The notes under the pieces are model-generated. The model ran no database searches. It was not told where the DNA came from and worked only from the letters and a program-made list of their open reading frames with translations. DNA of 64,000 nt, from the NCBI RefSeq assembly GCF_036321535.1, contig NC_087436.1, positions 38,194,001 through 38,258,000 of the forward strand, read 5' to 3'. The translations under genes were made by a program, and so were the position numbers. This document shows positions 10,966 through 24,075 of the stretch, piece after piece; the first letter of the stretch is position 1; every line of letters begins with the position of its first letter. Source of the DNA: Camelus dromedarius (Eukaryota).

Positions 10966-13497
10966 AAATTGTTTGCCCATGATACATTACTACCTTCTAA
11001 GGATAAAAGATGAGACACTCTTACTGGTGATTTGGAATCAAAACTAATTTTTAGTTTGAAATCTGCATGAGAACTAACATGTTAACATACATTTAATTTT
11101 TCTATTAAAGTGAAAATTCAGTGGGCATTAGCATTTTTTAGTAACCCTAAATCTTCTAAAATATAAGGGCAATGAAAATTTTAACCAGCAAGTGTTGTGG
11201 TGTTTACTTGGGAACGAGCAGTGCCTGCCTCTCCCCTCTCCTTGTCCTCTCTATCTTCCCTCTCCACCATCCACCTACAGCATATCCCCCATCACTTACT
11301 TCCAGTCCCCCAAAGTTTACAGTCCCAGATAGGGTCCAGGTGTGTGGGGTCGTAACTCGGGCAGACTCACTTGGACTCCAGGACCACCCAGGGGGCCAGA
11401 ACTTCTGTGGTGGCAGTAGAAGAAAATGGAAGCTTAAAGTCCCAGGCACTAAAAATAAATAACCAGAGTTAAAACTGTCCCTCCAGAACTTGGAGAGGTC
11501 TAGTATGTGGCTGTGAGAAGGAACAGAGGTTCTGGAGAAGAAAACACGCTCATTAAAGGATCTTAGCCAACAGGAACCATTCTCTGATCTCAGCTCTTTC
11601 ACAGTAGCGCTGGCCTCAATTATTTCTGAATTCTACCAAAGAATTAGAAAAGAAAAGAACCTTTGTTTGTGCCTGTTGTTCTTTTTTCCCCTTCTGTTTG
11701 TTTGTTTTAGTTATTTTAAAAGATTTCCTTCTATAAGCTCTTAGCTTCAGAAATCAAAGTAAATCACAAATCAAAGAATAAGAAAAGACCATATTCCTCA
11801 GCTGTTTATGTGAATATGGAAATATCAAGCACCCACGAGTCATGATAGAAAACATGAAGTACAGTTCCCTGACCAGTCTGCAACATAAAACAAAAGGAAG
11901 CTAGGAAAGAGGTCAACTGATCAGAGTGCCGAAGAGTACTTCATCATCTTATACTACTTAATATTTGTAACCCTAGAGCTGAGCCAATTCTGATCCTAGG
12001 ACAAGCCCAATATATTTGGAAACTGAATTTATTACTCCAGACAAAGAGAAATGTTTAATTCCCAAAGACAAGTGATTTATTCCCACCCCCACCCCCAACA
12101 GTGCACATTCTGGAGAGCTCCGTCAGCTTCTAAGGGATCATAGCAAACCAAGAATGGCATGTGTCTTATCATTCTCTTGAAATTAGAAGTAATCCAGAAC
12201 TTTCAGCCTACATTTCTCATTAACTATAGAGAATTATGGCAATTGTTTGGAATAGCCCACCAAAGAGTAGTCAATAAAAGATAAGTGACTCAATGTGCTA
12301 GGTCTTGAATAGGCATAGACTTTAGATATACCTAAGATTTTAAGAGTTAAAAAGACTAATTTCCTAAGTGGTTCTTTATGGAAGTTCTCAAACTAAACTC
12401 CCTTCCTCAATACTCTGTATGGATTTTATTTGTTTTAAAGATAAACGATCAAAACCAGCACACATTTCTGTCACTGTCTAGTCAAACACAAATGAGTTTC
12501 TTTAGATGCCTCTTTGCCTTGCTAGAGTCTCAATTTTCTCCTTTCATTAAGCCCTCACAGGAACAAGCTAAGCAAAGACTAACTGGGGGATCTGGTAAGT
12601 GGGAATGTGACTCGAGGTCTGGGTCTCTGGGGATGACACCTTATACCAAAGGACCTAAGCAACACACAGCGCGGTAATCAGCATGCAGAAAATTGAGAGC
12701 TGCCTGTGAAAACTGTACTGGGGATGATGGGCAAAACAGAAGGGATCTTTCCAGAGAACAGACTCTTATAAAAACTACCAATGAAAGCACTTGATACAAC
12801 ATCAACCAGAAATTATTTTGGGGATTCAATTTCATGGATCATTTATTCACTAATATTCTTGATTCAAATAAAAAGCTTATCAGTGTCTTTTTGAGATACA
12901 AATGAAGTCGTGTTTGGGAAAGAAGCTGGCCTTTGTTATAATGTGAATGGGAAGCACCCCATTACAATTAGGATCAGACAGTATCTCAACAGAGGATGAG
13001 ATCAAGTCACCAGAACAGGTATTAATGACGAAACATTTACTGCCGATGGCAATTGGGCTTTAGTAAAACATTTTGCCTTATAAGCCTCTTGTGGACCTAA
13101 TGCTTTTTAGTATTTATTCTGTTTTATTTGAGAAAGTTGATTAAGTGGTAAAGGAATCAGATAGCCACAAGGAGGTTGTATTTTCTAAACAGTTTAGCAT
13201 ACCATCTCCTCAATTAAGAACTTATTTTGATAAAATCACAGAGGATGCTCTATATGCATCAGATCCCTTGAAATGTTACCTTTACAGATATATGATTTTT
13301 AAGTAGCATTATTATCATGCAATTTGTATCCTAATCTTTAAAAAGGTATGTATGTTCCAACTGCACCTTGAAAAATCTAAGCAAACAATGACACTAACTG
13401 AATTTCAACTTCTAGTGTGATTTTGTAGAAAGATAATGGATTCTTCCATTCTTTTTACAGACACACTTCCCTCACAACTATTTTTTAATCAGATTTT

Positions 13498-13516
13498 TGT
13501 TGTTGTTGTTGTTGTT
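13498..13516. repeat. (GTT)n microsatellite
   Basis: 'tgttgttgttgttgttgtt' read directly. Confidence 0.85.
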
Positions 13517-14165
13517 CAGAGCATGAGTTTTGGAGTCAAACTACTTAAGTTTTAACTGACTACTACCTATGTGACCTTGTCTGGCTCTACTGTTTCCTCA
13601 TCTGTAAAAGGAAATAATATTGGTATATGCTGGGAGACAATTAGCCATAACTCTCTCATTTTTCTGCATGTCTTTTGAGCAGAAGCACTGATTATCTTTG
13701 TTATGGACTGTATCTTTAGGGCTGCAGCAGTCTTGGAAAAGAGAAATAATGTCTTCTTCCCAAGCAATGATGCTTATTGCCCATTATGGACATTTTGTGT
13801 TTCCTAACTTCAGTGATTCTGTTCTGTAATTCAACCCATTGCATAAGCATATGTAACCTGGCTTTTTTCATTTCATTTTCACATTGCTCTGTAGGAACTG
13901 GGGTTGGGGAAACTGACACAAGAAAATGTGGATACTCTGGCAATTACTATTACCATGAGTAATAAAACTGTCCTTTGTATCTGAACCAGTAGTCTCACAT
14001 CTTCTGCCAACAACCATGAAAGGGTGCTAAGACAATCTGTCAGCTTGCCAATAGGGCAGAATTTCAGAACTTTCACAGTTCTTGCAGGACCAACCTTATG
14101 TTATTTTAGGTATTAAATGAAATAATAAATGCCAAGGGTTTACAACATTATCTGGCATATCAAAA
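13517..14165 (+). mobile_element. MIR SINE split by LTR40 (MIR parts ~13517-13627 and ~14087-14165)
   Basis: 'agagcatgagttttggagtcaaa...tgtgaccttg...tgtttcctcatctgtaaaaggaaataat' resumes after the LTR as 'aggtattaaatgaaataat...tctggcatat'. Confidence 0.75.
13628..14086 (+). mobile_element. LTR40-like ERVL solo LTR, near full length
   Basis: Starts 'tgctgggagacaatt', contains 'gagtaataaaactgtcctttgtatctgaacc' with an AATAAA signal, ends 'ttcacagttcttgca' (TG...CA). Confidence 0.8.
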
Positions 14166-15686
14166 AAAAAACAACACACACACAGATTATATTAGCTAAT
14201 ACTGTTATCTGCCAATAACTGGCTATCAACTATTTCAAGGTGTAAAGATCTCAAGATATTGGTGAATTCCAATTCTACTTGTGCTGAGCTACAAAAAACA
14301 CAGGCTAAGAATCACTGAAGTGTCTTGAGATGATATGCATTTTCTTTCTAAGAAGAAGGTGATTTATAGAATTGGGAATTTTATGACTATCGTGGACAGT
14401 TGCCTTAAATATCCAAGTTTTTCATTTCCTATTAAATTATATAAATGATTACCAGAAGGAATTATGTCTTCAAATGATCAGCCATGACATTTTTTTCCTG
14501 CTGAAATTGTTGCCTACTATTGATGGTCAACATCATGCTGATGTTCCTGTTTTCATCAGAACTGAAGACAAATTCTTTTAACTGTCCTATGAAAATACGT
14601 GCTAGCTCTTATCAAGGTGCCATAAAGGAAGGAACGGTGATTAGTGCTTATTCTTTTCATTTATTACTAAGGATGTTACACAAACATATTCAAAGATATC
14701 TCTTCTGAGAGATGCTATTTGAATAATACCACATGACTCCCATCCAACCTCAACTTGACAAAGTAGGAGAAAGAATTGATGCTTCTCAGTTTCTGCAGAG
14801 TTAATCAAGTGATTCTATCAAGTTGACCTATCACACTGAGTGTTTGTTATATTCTAAGCCATTAGTTGAAACAGAAATAGGTTAGATATAGCCTGTGCTA
14901 AGACTATACAGTCTTGTCAATTGTATAAAGAATTCAGATGATCACATAACTCTTAATTTTTGAGAACTTAATGAATGAAGGTGATGCTGTTTGCTGGTAT
15001 TCAGGGACAAGATGATATTTATAGAATGCTTTCTATAGTTCATTATCACCAAGGAAATGCAGAAATTATGGGATTGCTTTTTCCACATATACTTTCCTTG
15101 CTCTTATTAGGTTTTAAGGCTGTTACAGTATTTATTTTATTAGTTCCATTTTTTTTAAAAAAAAAGAGGGAAAACTTTGACACACAGTGTACTTTTCCCT
15201 AGATTCCATGCTCCATTAGGACTGCTCACCTACCCAAACAGAATTTAGAATTGAGTCAAGGAAACAAAAAACATCTACAAAAATGTAGAGCAAATCAATA
15301 CAAAATGATTGGTTCAGATAAGAAACACCTTGGAGTAATGAGTTTCAAATTATTTTTCAAGTGTGGAAATATTTTTTAATGCCAGGTTACAGAATACCCA
15401 TATTGGTCTGCTTACCCAGCAGAGCATCTCAATAAGCATTAGAGATCCTAACCATTTAAAATACCAGAGTTTGCACGACCCTGCTCTCCAATTCTCCCCA
15501 AGGGTGAATGGAGATGTCGTCTTCTTTCTACATATACAGCCCAATCCAAGAGGCATGGATTTGTCACTCACTTAGGTGGTAAACATGTAACTTGAAGCCT
15601 AGTTTGTCTGAATTCAAAAGAGATGTCTTTTCATTTTCATTGTTATGGATGTTTGTTGTTTCTGTTTCACAATACTACTTCCACTA

Positions 15687-15873
15687 ATGGTTGCCAGATA
15701 AAATACAGGATTGCCAGTCATGAATTTCAAACAAACAATGAATAGTTTTTTAGTGTTAGTTTGTTCCAGATGTTGTATAGGACATAGTGATATTAAAGAA
15801 TTACGTGTTGCTCATGTGAAATTAAAATTTAACTGGCCATCCCATATTTTTATTTGCTAAATTTAGCAACCCT
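15687..15873. mobile_element. MER53 palindromic hAT MITE
   Basis: Ends 'ggttgccagataaaatacagga' and 'tatttttatttgctaaatttagcaaccct' are inverted; the centre 'tagtttgttcc...ggacatagtgata' is self-complementary-like. Confidence 0.85.
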
Positions 15874-16329
15874 CTATGGGCAGATCTCACGGAAAGCGAC
15901 ACTTTATATGAACCAAGAAATGTAAATAATACATTTAAAGAGAGTATTTCAAGAGCAGAAAAATGCAAAATTATCTAATTTCTGAAATCTTATCACAAAT
16001 ATGAATATGCATTTCTAAGTGTAAAAACACAACTTAAAGTATTGAATTCTCTCTCCCCTCACCCCACCTTCAGGAGTCCATGTGTGGGCAAGTGGGGAAA
16101 ATCTTACTCCCTTAGTGTTTGACGGGATTGTCAAAATCAACTTGCAAATTTTCTACAGAGACAGAGCAGAGTACCCAAGTTGAGGAAGCAAAGTTAATGG
16201 TTTGGACTTTCATAAAATAATAATCTAATCTGCTTCTTTACGAATGAGAAAACAATTCTCTTACTTTATTACCAGCTTTACTCCAAATGTCTCCCTGTAT
16301 CACCTTTTTAAGAAAAGAATACCACTATT

Positions 16330-16580
16330 ACGTGGTAGTTAAGAAAATAGCTTTTAGTCAGGCAGGAGAGAAATTTAAATTCTATTTTCAACATTTATTG
16401 GCCATGTGAATTTGAACAGACCATCTATCTGCAAGTCACATTTCTTGTTGGAAAATAGAGCAAATGATAAGCTTACTTCTTAGGGTGGTTATGAAAATTA
16501 ATTGGAATGTATTTAAAACACATAGTAGAGTTAATACTGAAAATACAGTAGGTGGTCAAATAAATGACAACTATCATTTT
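16330..16580 (+). mobile_element. MIR SINE, near full length
   Basis: 'cgtggtagttaaga...cttttagtcaggcag...tagggtggttatgaaaatta...acagtaggtggtcaaataaatg'. Confidence 0.7.
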
Positions 16581-17079
16581 AAGCCCTGTCTAATCTGATA
16601 CCACTTTTTCCAAGATGATTATGCATTTATTATCTTTTTACAACAGCTCATTTTTTAAAAGAATTCCACCAAAGTAGTATTTTATCCATTTCTGTTTTCA
16701 ATTTTAATCAGGAATGCTGAAGTAATATTTCTGAATAAGAGTGAGATACTGACCAACCACTATCATCAGACAGGCACTACCAATCAGACCAGCTACAGGG
16801 ATAAACAGAGCTGATGCTGGGGTAACTGGGGGGCTCAGGCCTGTGCCCATCAAATAACCGCCATAGTCCTGGAAGAGAGCAGGCACAGTATCAGGGACTC
16901 CAAGTCCCATAAAGGATTATAAGATCCAAACTAAAGCCCTTACATAAATTAAGTGTGCTTCTTGAGAGTAATTAGAGCTGACATGACCCTTTCACCTCTA
17001 ACCTAGAAAGTCTGTATTAACAAGGGTATAATGCTAAGGGCACATCAATTTAGAAAAGTAGGAGTAACAGCCTTAACAA

Positions 17080-17320
17080 TAAAGTTTTCTTTACTGAATG
17101 TCCACTATGTGACACGCACTCGGCTGCACACTTTACATACACTTACTCACTCATTTAATTCTATCAGAACCTTGAGATTGGATTTATCTCCCTGCCACAC
17201 ATTCGACTGAAGGAGAAGCTTTCCCAGGTCACACACAGCTGGCAGTAGAAGAGTCAGACTTTTTAAATCCACCTGTATCTGTCTCCAAGACCCATGTTCT
17301 TACACATTATTTGGTGCTGC
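17080..17320 (-). mobile_element. MIR SINE
   Basis: 'ttactgaatgtccactatgtg...ctcatttaattct...ccaggtcacacacagctggcagtagaagagtcagactt'. Confidence 0.7.
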
Positions 17321-17930
17321 CTTAAACTACAATCTAATAAAGTGAAAATACATGATCATATTTCCATCAAAATTATGTTAACAGTAAAAAACAGTATTAG
17401 CCTATTTGATAGCCACACCAGATTGATACCTCAGAGGAACTTCATTTAGTCAATATTACCAATCCAACAATCAAGTTTCAGAGAAAGTTTTTTTTGGGGA
17501 AAAAGCAGAAATATTGCAATGGTTTTGGTTCTTCCTCCAAACACAGTAATAATAAATGTGTTTCTGCTTAACCAGAGGTAGAGAGAAGAAAATATTGTAA
17601 ATTAAGCAAAACTTGCACCTGGATATTCCCTCTGCTAGCAGCCATCCTAACACTGGGATGTGTTTTTGTTGATACCAACCCTCCCAAGCACTGCATAATT
17701 CTTTTGGGTACTAGTTTTATCCCTATTCAAAAGTATTTATGTATTTTGGGACACTATTTTTATCCATATTTAGAAGTGTGTATAGGCTATGACTTCAACT
17801 AGTTGAATCAGCATATGGACTGGAGTTTGTTACTTTTTAGACTCCACGGTGACTCAGGCTTATGAGAAATCTTAAGAAAGTTTTCTGGCTAAGAACTACA
17901 AGATATATACAGAGATATATAAACGACAGA

Positions 17931-18340
17931 TGTGGCAGACTGTGAGTTGCCTGCTCAAAATCCATTTATCCTTGCGTTATATTTAACAAAATTTATTTAT
18001 TGTTAGAAGCAGCAGCAAAGCACTTAACTGTGAAATGCCTCCCCTCCTGTCCCCTCTCCTCCCCCTTTTTCCCACCAGTGCAGACATGATTGCTGGAGCT
18101 GCTGCATCTGTACTGTAAGTCACAAGGCAATCTGAGAATGGGAACAAGTTCTATAGATGGCAGAGCAGAAAAACAGGGAATCTGGGGGCAATGACGACAG
18201 CATACACCGATTACAATTCCTTGGATTGCCTGTCTGCACTGTTTCTCACCTGAGGAAAAAAAGAAAAATCTAGCTCACGTAATTCACTGTTTTATTAAGG
18301 TCTTACCATTGAGAGCCAGATACAATTCCTAAATAATAGA
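17931..18340 (+). mobile_element. MLT1J-like MaLR solo LTR (internally deleted)
   Basis: Starts 'tgtggcagactgt'; has 'gacatgattgctggagctgctgca', 'gatggcagagcagaaa'; ends 'gccagatacaattcctaaataataga'. Confidence 0.7.
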
Positions 18341-20299
18341 AAAGGTAATACTCTACTTTTGTTTATTTATTTGTTTATTGATTTAGGGGCGCGTGTTTGC
18401 GTGTGTATGTTTAAGTAAAGTCAACCCTAAAGGAAAACAATAAATTCTAACAGTGTGAATGCGGGCTGAATTAAAAAAAAAAACAAAACTAAACTGTAGA
18501 TGGTAGAATTTAGTGAACACTTGAAAAGTTAAGTATATTCAAATCTGCAGGTTCTGTTTAGGGTCCCAGAGTTGTTAAAGAATTAGAAGGAAAAAAACAT
18601 TTACATGGCCGTTAGTAAGGTAGAGTTTTTCTAAAATATAGATTAAGGGGTACGACAGGTAGGGCTGCTTCAGCTCTTTACTTTTGCCAGATCCGACATC
18701 CTGTGAGCTCTTCTCTCTTGTGCCCCTCAGTGCTCACCCACCCCTTCCTGTATCAGGAGCTGTGACGGTTTCCTCATCAATGGAGAAGGAGTCAGTTAGG
18801 GGAGAACTGGGGGATGAGGAACAAGAGTAGGCTCTCAGATTACTAAAGGCTTTCCATTTCAGATTCTCAAAATGCTTCATAAAAGCCATTAAACAAAATT
18901 ATCTATGAAATTCTTATAAAATAAGCAAATAATAAAAACCTCAAAGATATAAGATTAAAATTAGACAAATTAAAAACCAAAATTAAGTAATAAATGGTAA
19001 TAAAAGGTAAGAGGTAATAAAATGTTGCAATGATACTTATTTTATGAATATTAGCATTTAATGGTTTGCTAGACACCAAGTAGAAAAACTGATTTACAGT
19101 AATTTGTAACCTACGTCATACCACACTTGAGTGTATATGCATATGCATACACCTACAATCAGATGGGGTTTTGATTCACCGAAATCAGTGCATTTGTACT
19201 TTACATACATGAATAACACAATAATTAAAATAATTTATAAGTAAGGAAGAATAATTTTTTTGAAAAATAGTTAACATAAGTACATCTATTATGGAGATGC
19301 TCTTCATAGATGATATATCTTTAAATCATTATCTTTAAAAGATTTTCCTTAGTTTGAAAAAATGACCCTTTTCTATTAAACATGTAACTAGTGAAATCAA
19401 CAAAATTGACAAGGGCAATGCATACAGTGGAAGATGTTGCATGTAGATTAACCCCAAATTCAACATATGTTAAGAAGAATTTTTGCATTTCACTTTGAGA
19501 AAAAGATCAGCTTACTGCATCTATTTTTGTGCTTACTTTGAAACCAATAAAAATAGTGGTCACCCCACTTGAAGACACGGAACATATCACTAAACACTGA
19601 TTCCTAGTTATATCTGATTAAGTGTTGTTAACACTGTATATCATGTCATCCTTTAGTTAATTTTTCCTAAAAATAGTGAGCCTGAAATTATAACCTGACA
19701 GAATCTAGAAGTCCTTTGAGGGTAGTCTAAATGTATTGACTATAGGATCACAAAATTATTCATTTTTGTATGAACACTTTAAAAAAATAAGCCATGGGAT
19801 AGGATTTTGGTTTTTTTTCTATAAATGTGTCATAAATCTTTACTTTCTATGTACTACCACTTATCTATCAGTGAGTGTTATCAAACAAACAAACAAATGA
19901 GTCAATAATTATTGCCTAATAAACTGGAAGTGTTATTAAAATATTTATACAATATTACTTTCAAGATGTAAAAGACTGCTATGTAAAATATAGCCAAATT
20001 TCCATTAGTTTGCATGATGAAATTTAATATAGTGATGTTTCATGGTATGATTTAAAGAACAGCATGACTCTTATGTATTCTACTGCCAAGCTCTTTCCAG
20101 AAGTCTTGTCCTAGAACATTATTGAAATGTATCTCTGGAGATGGTTACTTACAATTCAAATTTGACTACTCTCTTCAACTCTCTTTTAAACTTTTTATCA
20201 TTAATTGTTTAGAGTGACTAATCCTATATTTTTTTTCTGAAGAACCATAAACAAACAGGTCCAGATAAAATTAGGACATTGGTTAGAACATGCTAATAG

Positions 20300-20660
20300 A
20301 CACTCTGTCACTCTGCCACCAGAGCCCCATCCATATTATCAACAGCTGCCACCTGGACACATATCATAGCCTCCTGTTTGGTCTCCCTACTCCCATTATT
20401 GTGTCCCACCAATCTCCACTCACACGCTGTAGCATACACACAGACACATATACACACATGCACACACTTTGTTTATAATATCTCAGTGAATCCCCATGGC
20501 TCTTCTGTAAAAATCTAAATTCCTAGCACCGCCTGCGTGGTCTCATCTCTTTCACTATACATGAATTACTCATTGGCTGTCTGCCTCCATCACTGGATGC
20601 CAGCCGTACTTACCATAATTCTGGTTCCTGAAAGATCTGAAAGATCTAGTCTGCTCCTGC
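20300..20660 (+). mobile_element. L2 fragment
   Basis: 'cacctggacacatatcatagcctcctgtttggtctccct...cagtgaatccccatggctctt...aaaatctaaattcctagcac'. Confidence 0.65.
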
Positions 20661-20800
20661 CAGGGTGCCTACCCAGCAGGTATCCCAAACACATATTCAA
20701 CACTGAAGCATTACTAGTTCTTACTGGTCCAGATAATCCTAACAATACATTATAGGAATAAAAGCATTTTTGTCCTCATGTCAATTTACATTTTGGAATA

Positions 20801-20862
20801 GACACACACATATAATAAACATACATGCATACATTTATACACACACACACACACATACACAC
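20801..20862. repeat. (CA)n-rich tract
   Basis: 'gacacacaca...atacacacacacacacacatacacac'. Confidence 0.7.
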
Positions 20863-20949
20863 TGGCAGAGTACCAATTAATCTTATTCATGAAGAAATTT
20901 TACTAATAAACTTATCAGGCACCCTGGGAACAAGAATATTCTCAAAGTT

Positions 20950-21900
20950 TTTAATATTTGGTTTGCTTTTTTAGAAAATAATAATGAAAAAATACTCCCC
21001 AACCTTCACTACAGCCCCACTGCATCACATTCCCAGGGTCTCCATCATTTCTCATTTTTACTTCCATTGTATCCTTCTTCCTGTGGTCCCTATGTTTGTT
21101 TTGTGTTTCCCGCCTGATTTCTTGAGTTGAATTATCACTTCATTTATTTCAGTTATTTCTTGAGCCAAAGTATAAACATTTAAGACCATGATTTTTTTCC
21201 TCTGTTTACTTTTCCCTCCAGTTTCTCCCTCTGCTATTCTCACTGTTGCTTCCTAACTAGGCTTCAACTTCCTCTTGCTATGGATTTGAGCCAAATATTC
21301 TTTTGCAGAAAGTTTCTCTTCTTTTGTAAAATTTCTAAATTAACTGAGGTGTTATTATTACTGTCACTGTGAAAATATTAATGTTAATTATGAATTTTAC
21401 TGCATTATTGGGGAAAAAATTTATTGGGAAATATGGCCTATGCCATTTCTAATATGGAAATTCATTGACTTTTTCCGGTGAATAAACAAAAATTTTTAAA
21501 AATTATAATTATTCTGTGGGTAGCTAAAAAGAGGTGTATACTTTGTTGAGAATCTGTTAAATCATCCTTTTATACCACTGTAATGCCTCCATGTTTATCT
21601 ATCTTGCATGTTTAGTTGGCTGATGAATGAGGCAGGCTGATGTTATTATCATGCTCATGGCAACTGTCCTTATTTCAATTTGTTTCTATTTTATATATTG
21701 CAATTTATGCTATTTAGTAGGTAGTAGTTTTAACTCTTATTTTGAACAGAATACTTTAGCAGAGTAAACATCTCTTCCTTTGGTTCTGTGTCATATAATA
21801 TTAATAGTATCACCTTGATTAATTTTTGTTTGCATTTCTTTGATACATTAGTGCTCAACAGTTTATCCTCAGTATTCCTGTATCATTTTATTTTAACTAT
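20950..21900 (-). mobile_element. Very old L1-derived fragments
   Basis: T-rich antisense L1-like text such as 'ttttatatattgcaatttatgctatttagtaggtag' and 'atattaatagtatcaccttg...tttgcatt'. Confidence 0.4.
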
Positions 21901-22099
21901 ATCTACCCTCAAGAGTCTGTTTGGGAGTGGGTGGGATGAAGTCACTTCTGATGTTTCCTTTACTCACTGATTCTCCTGAGAAGAGGAATATCCTATAGGA
22001 ATGGTTGCTGCACAGTGATATGAGTCACCCACACGCTCTTTCCCCTTTGGACTCGTGTGCACTCTGCTCGGCTCTGCTCTGCTCTAGGCCGTTGTGAGT

Positions 22100-22780
22100 C
22101 GGGTGGTGAAGGTGCTGCCACGGCGGCAGGGGGCCTGTCATCATTCAGTGCTGCCTGCTGGTCAAATCTTTGCTATTCAGAACTCAGTACGGGGAAGCTA
22201 TTGTTGCTGCCTACCAAGGCCATGTTCTTCAACAAGCAGTAAAAAACACCTCTGAACACCACTTGTCAAACTACTGCATCCTATTTGGGTCAATTAACCA
22301 GCATCTGGAACACTGGTCAAGGAACCAACAAGGAGTGGGATCCAGCCAGCAATGTAGTAACACCTGCAGGTGGAAGCAGACCACACGGCTTTTTAATGAT
22401 GCCAGTTTGTGATGGCCTCTTTGTCCACATGAATGGTTTTTATAGTTGTGTGGTCAGATTTTAACTATGAACTGATGTAGCCTTGGTGGATAATTTCAGG
22501 AGTTAGCACACTTGTATGGCTCATGCCAAATACCACAAGACTCCATTAGGCCGTTGCCAGCGCCTAGTGCTCCTATGACCACACTTGCACATTAAATTAT
22601 AGATGTCCTTGCCCTGGTATTGTAGCCGGAGCTGAGGCATGGAACATATAACTGTAAAAAATCCATTTATTTCCAGTCAAGATGCACCTTGAACCAAGCA
22701 GAGTGTTAGTGATCATTTGTTATGCTTTGGATGCTTCTACAGCTAGTTCTGCAACATTCCATATTTACCACACAGCACTA
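22100..22780 (+). mobile_element. Decayed endogenous retrovirus pol fragment (RNase H end to integrase core)
   Basis: Colinear frameshifted motifs: EGAATAA (~22107), LEHW...RWK, PWW, HTCMAHAKY (22507), TPLGR/LPAPSAP, HLHI (22582), AEAW (22631), ISSQD (22669), ICYAL (22715), NIPYLPHS (22753). Confidence 0.65.
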
Positions 22781-22859
22781 ACGCATACTTAAATTTTTAG
22801 GGTGAGCCCTCGTAAAGGAGAAGCAGCTAGCCGTCTTTCACAGTATCAGTGTTTACCTT

Positions 22860-23010
22860 TTCCATAGTAAAGATATGGCTAGGCACACTGCCACCCAAGT
22901 AAAAATACTTTTCCCACACTGCCTCCAAGATATCTGTGCCCATATTATGATTCTGGCCAATAGGAAGGGAGCAAGAAATTATGGGATAAATTTACACGTC
23001 AGGCCTTTTA
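22860..23010 (+). mobile_element. MLT1-type LTR fragment
   Basis: 'tacttttcccacactgcctcc...tgtgcccatattatgattctggccaataggaagggagcaagaa'. Confidence 0.55.
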
Positions 23011-23044
23011 ACTGAAAACATGAATATCTTTGCTATACCTGAAA

Positions 23045-23940
23045 CGCAATAGAAAAAAAGGAAAGCAAATCAATGAAAAATTGGGTTAAAGACTTGTACA
23101 GGCACTTCACAAAAGAAGATATCCAAGTGACCACTAAGCATATGACCGTGTTGTCAACCTTATTAGTCACCAGAGAAATGAAAACTAAATCCATAATGAA
23201 ATACCACGGCATAAACAGAACGGCTGGAATGAAAAAGATCCTCAGGACCAAGTACTGATGAGACTGAAGCATCTGAAACTTTCATACACTGCTGTTGCAA
23301 GTGTAAAACAGTGGAATCACTCTGGAAAACTTTCTGGCATTTTCTATTAAAGGATAACATCCTACCCGGTGCCCTAGAAAGTCACCTCTAGGTACATACT
23401 ATATGGAAAAGAATGCACATGCTCACAAAAAAACTTCAGTAAGAATACTCATAGAAATATTTTTGTAATAGTTCAAAGCTAGAAGCAATTACATGCCCAG
23501 AAACTGCAAGATTGATAAAGAAATTTATGCATACTCATACAATGCACTCTTTTGCAATCAAAGTGAACAAGCAATAGTGATAAACCCTAGAGACATGTTG
23601 ATCTTAGAAAACATTACACAAAATAATCCATAGACTATCCACCCATTTATATGAATTTCAAAAACTCATGCCATATTGTTTCTGGAAGTATACATGGTTA
23701 ACTCTAAAGAAAACAACACAATGACTATCATGAAAGTCAAGGTAAGGACTGCCTAGAGGAGAGAGGAGGGGAGATGCAAGTTGGAAGACAGCCCTGCAGA
23801 GATTCCGGTGTGAGGACTGTGCTCCAGTCCTTCACCTCCAGTGCTGCTTACGTGAGCATTCATTATGGAATTAGTCCCTACATTCTATGAATATTTTATA
23901 CACGTTTATATTTATGCTACATCTCACAAGTTTTAAATGT
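23045..23940 (+). mobile_element. L1ME-type LINE-1 3' portion (ORF2 C-terminus plus 3' UTR)
   Basis: ORF 23073-23258 'KNWVKDLYRHFTKEDIQVTTKHM...STLLVTREMKTK..MKYH' matches L1 ORF2; L1 3' UTR-like text follows. Confidence 0.85.
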
Positions 23941-23949
23941 TGAAAAATG

Positions 23950-24075
23950 AGTTTCGACTGTGTAAGTCAATAAAATTGGGCAAGTTCCTTAGCCTCTTAT
24001 AGTCTCAGCCTTTTAATCTATTAAGTGGTGATCAAAACAGTCATTTAATATGGTGTCTGATGATTGAATATGATG
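23950..24075 (+). mobile_element. MIR SINE, with probable tail resuming at ~24580-24600
   Basis: 'ttgggcaagttccttagcctcttatagtctcagcc...tgatgattgaatatgat'; after the LTR, 'cagtgcttcctggcaatag'. Confidence 0.55.

Noticed and set aside
11204..11602. 132-aa minus-strand ORF
   Set aside because: Non-ATG start and no recognisable domain.
16851..16868. DYGGYL resembling the DPP6 GKDYGGYL motif
   Set aside because: Similarity stops after six residues and no other DPP-like exon is visible.
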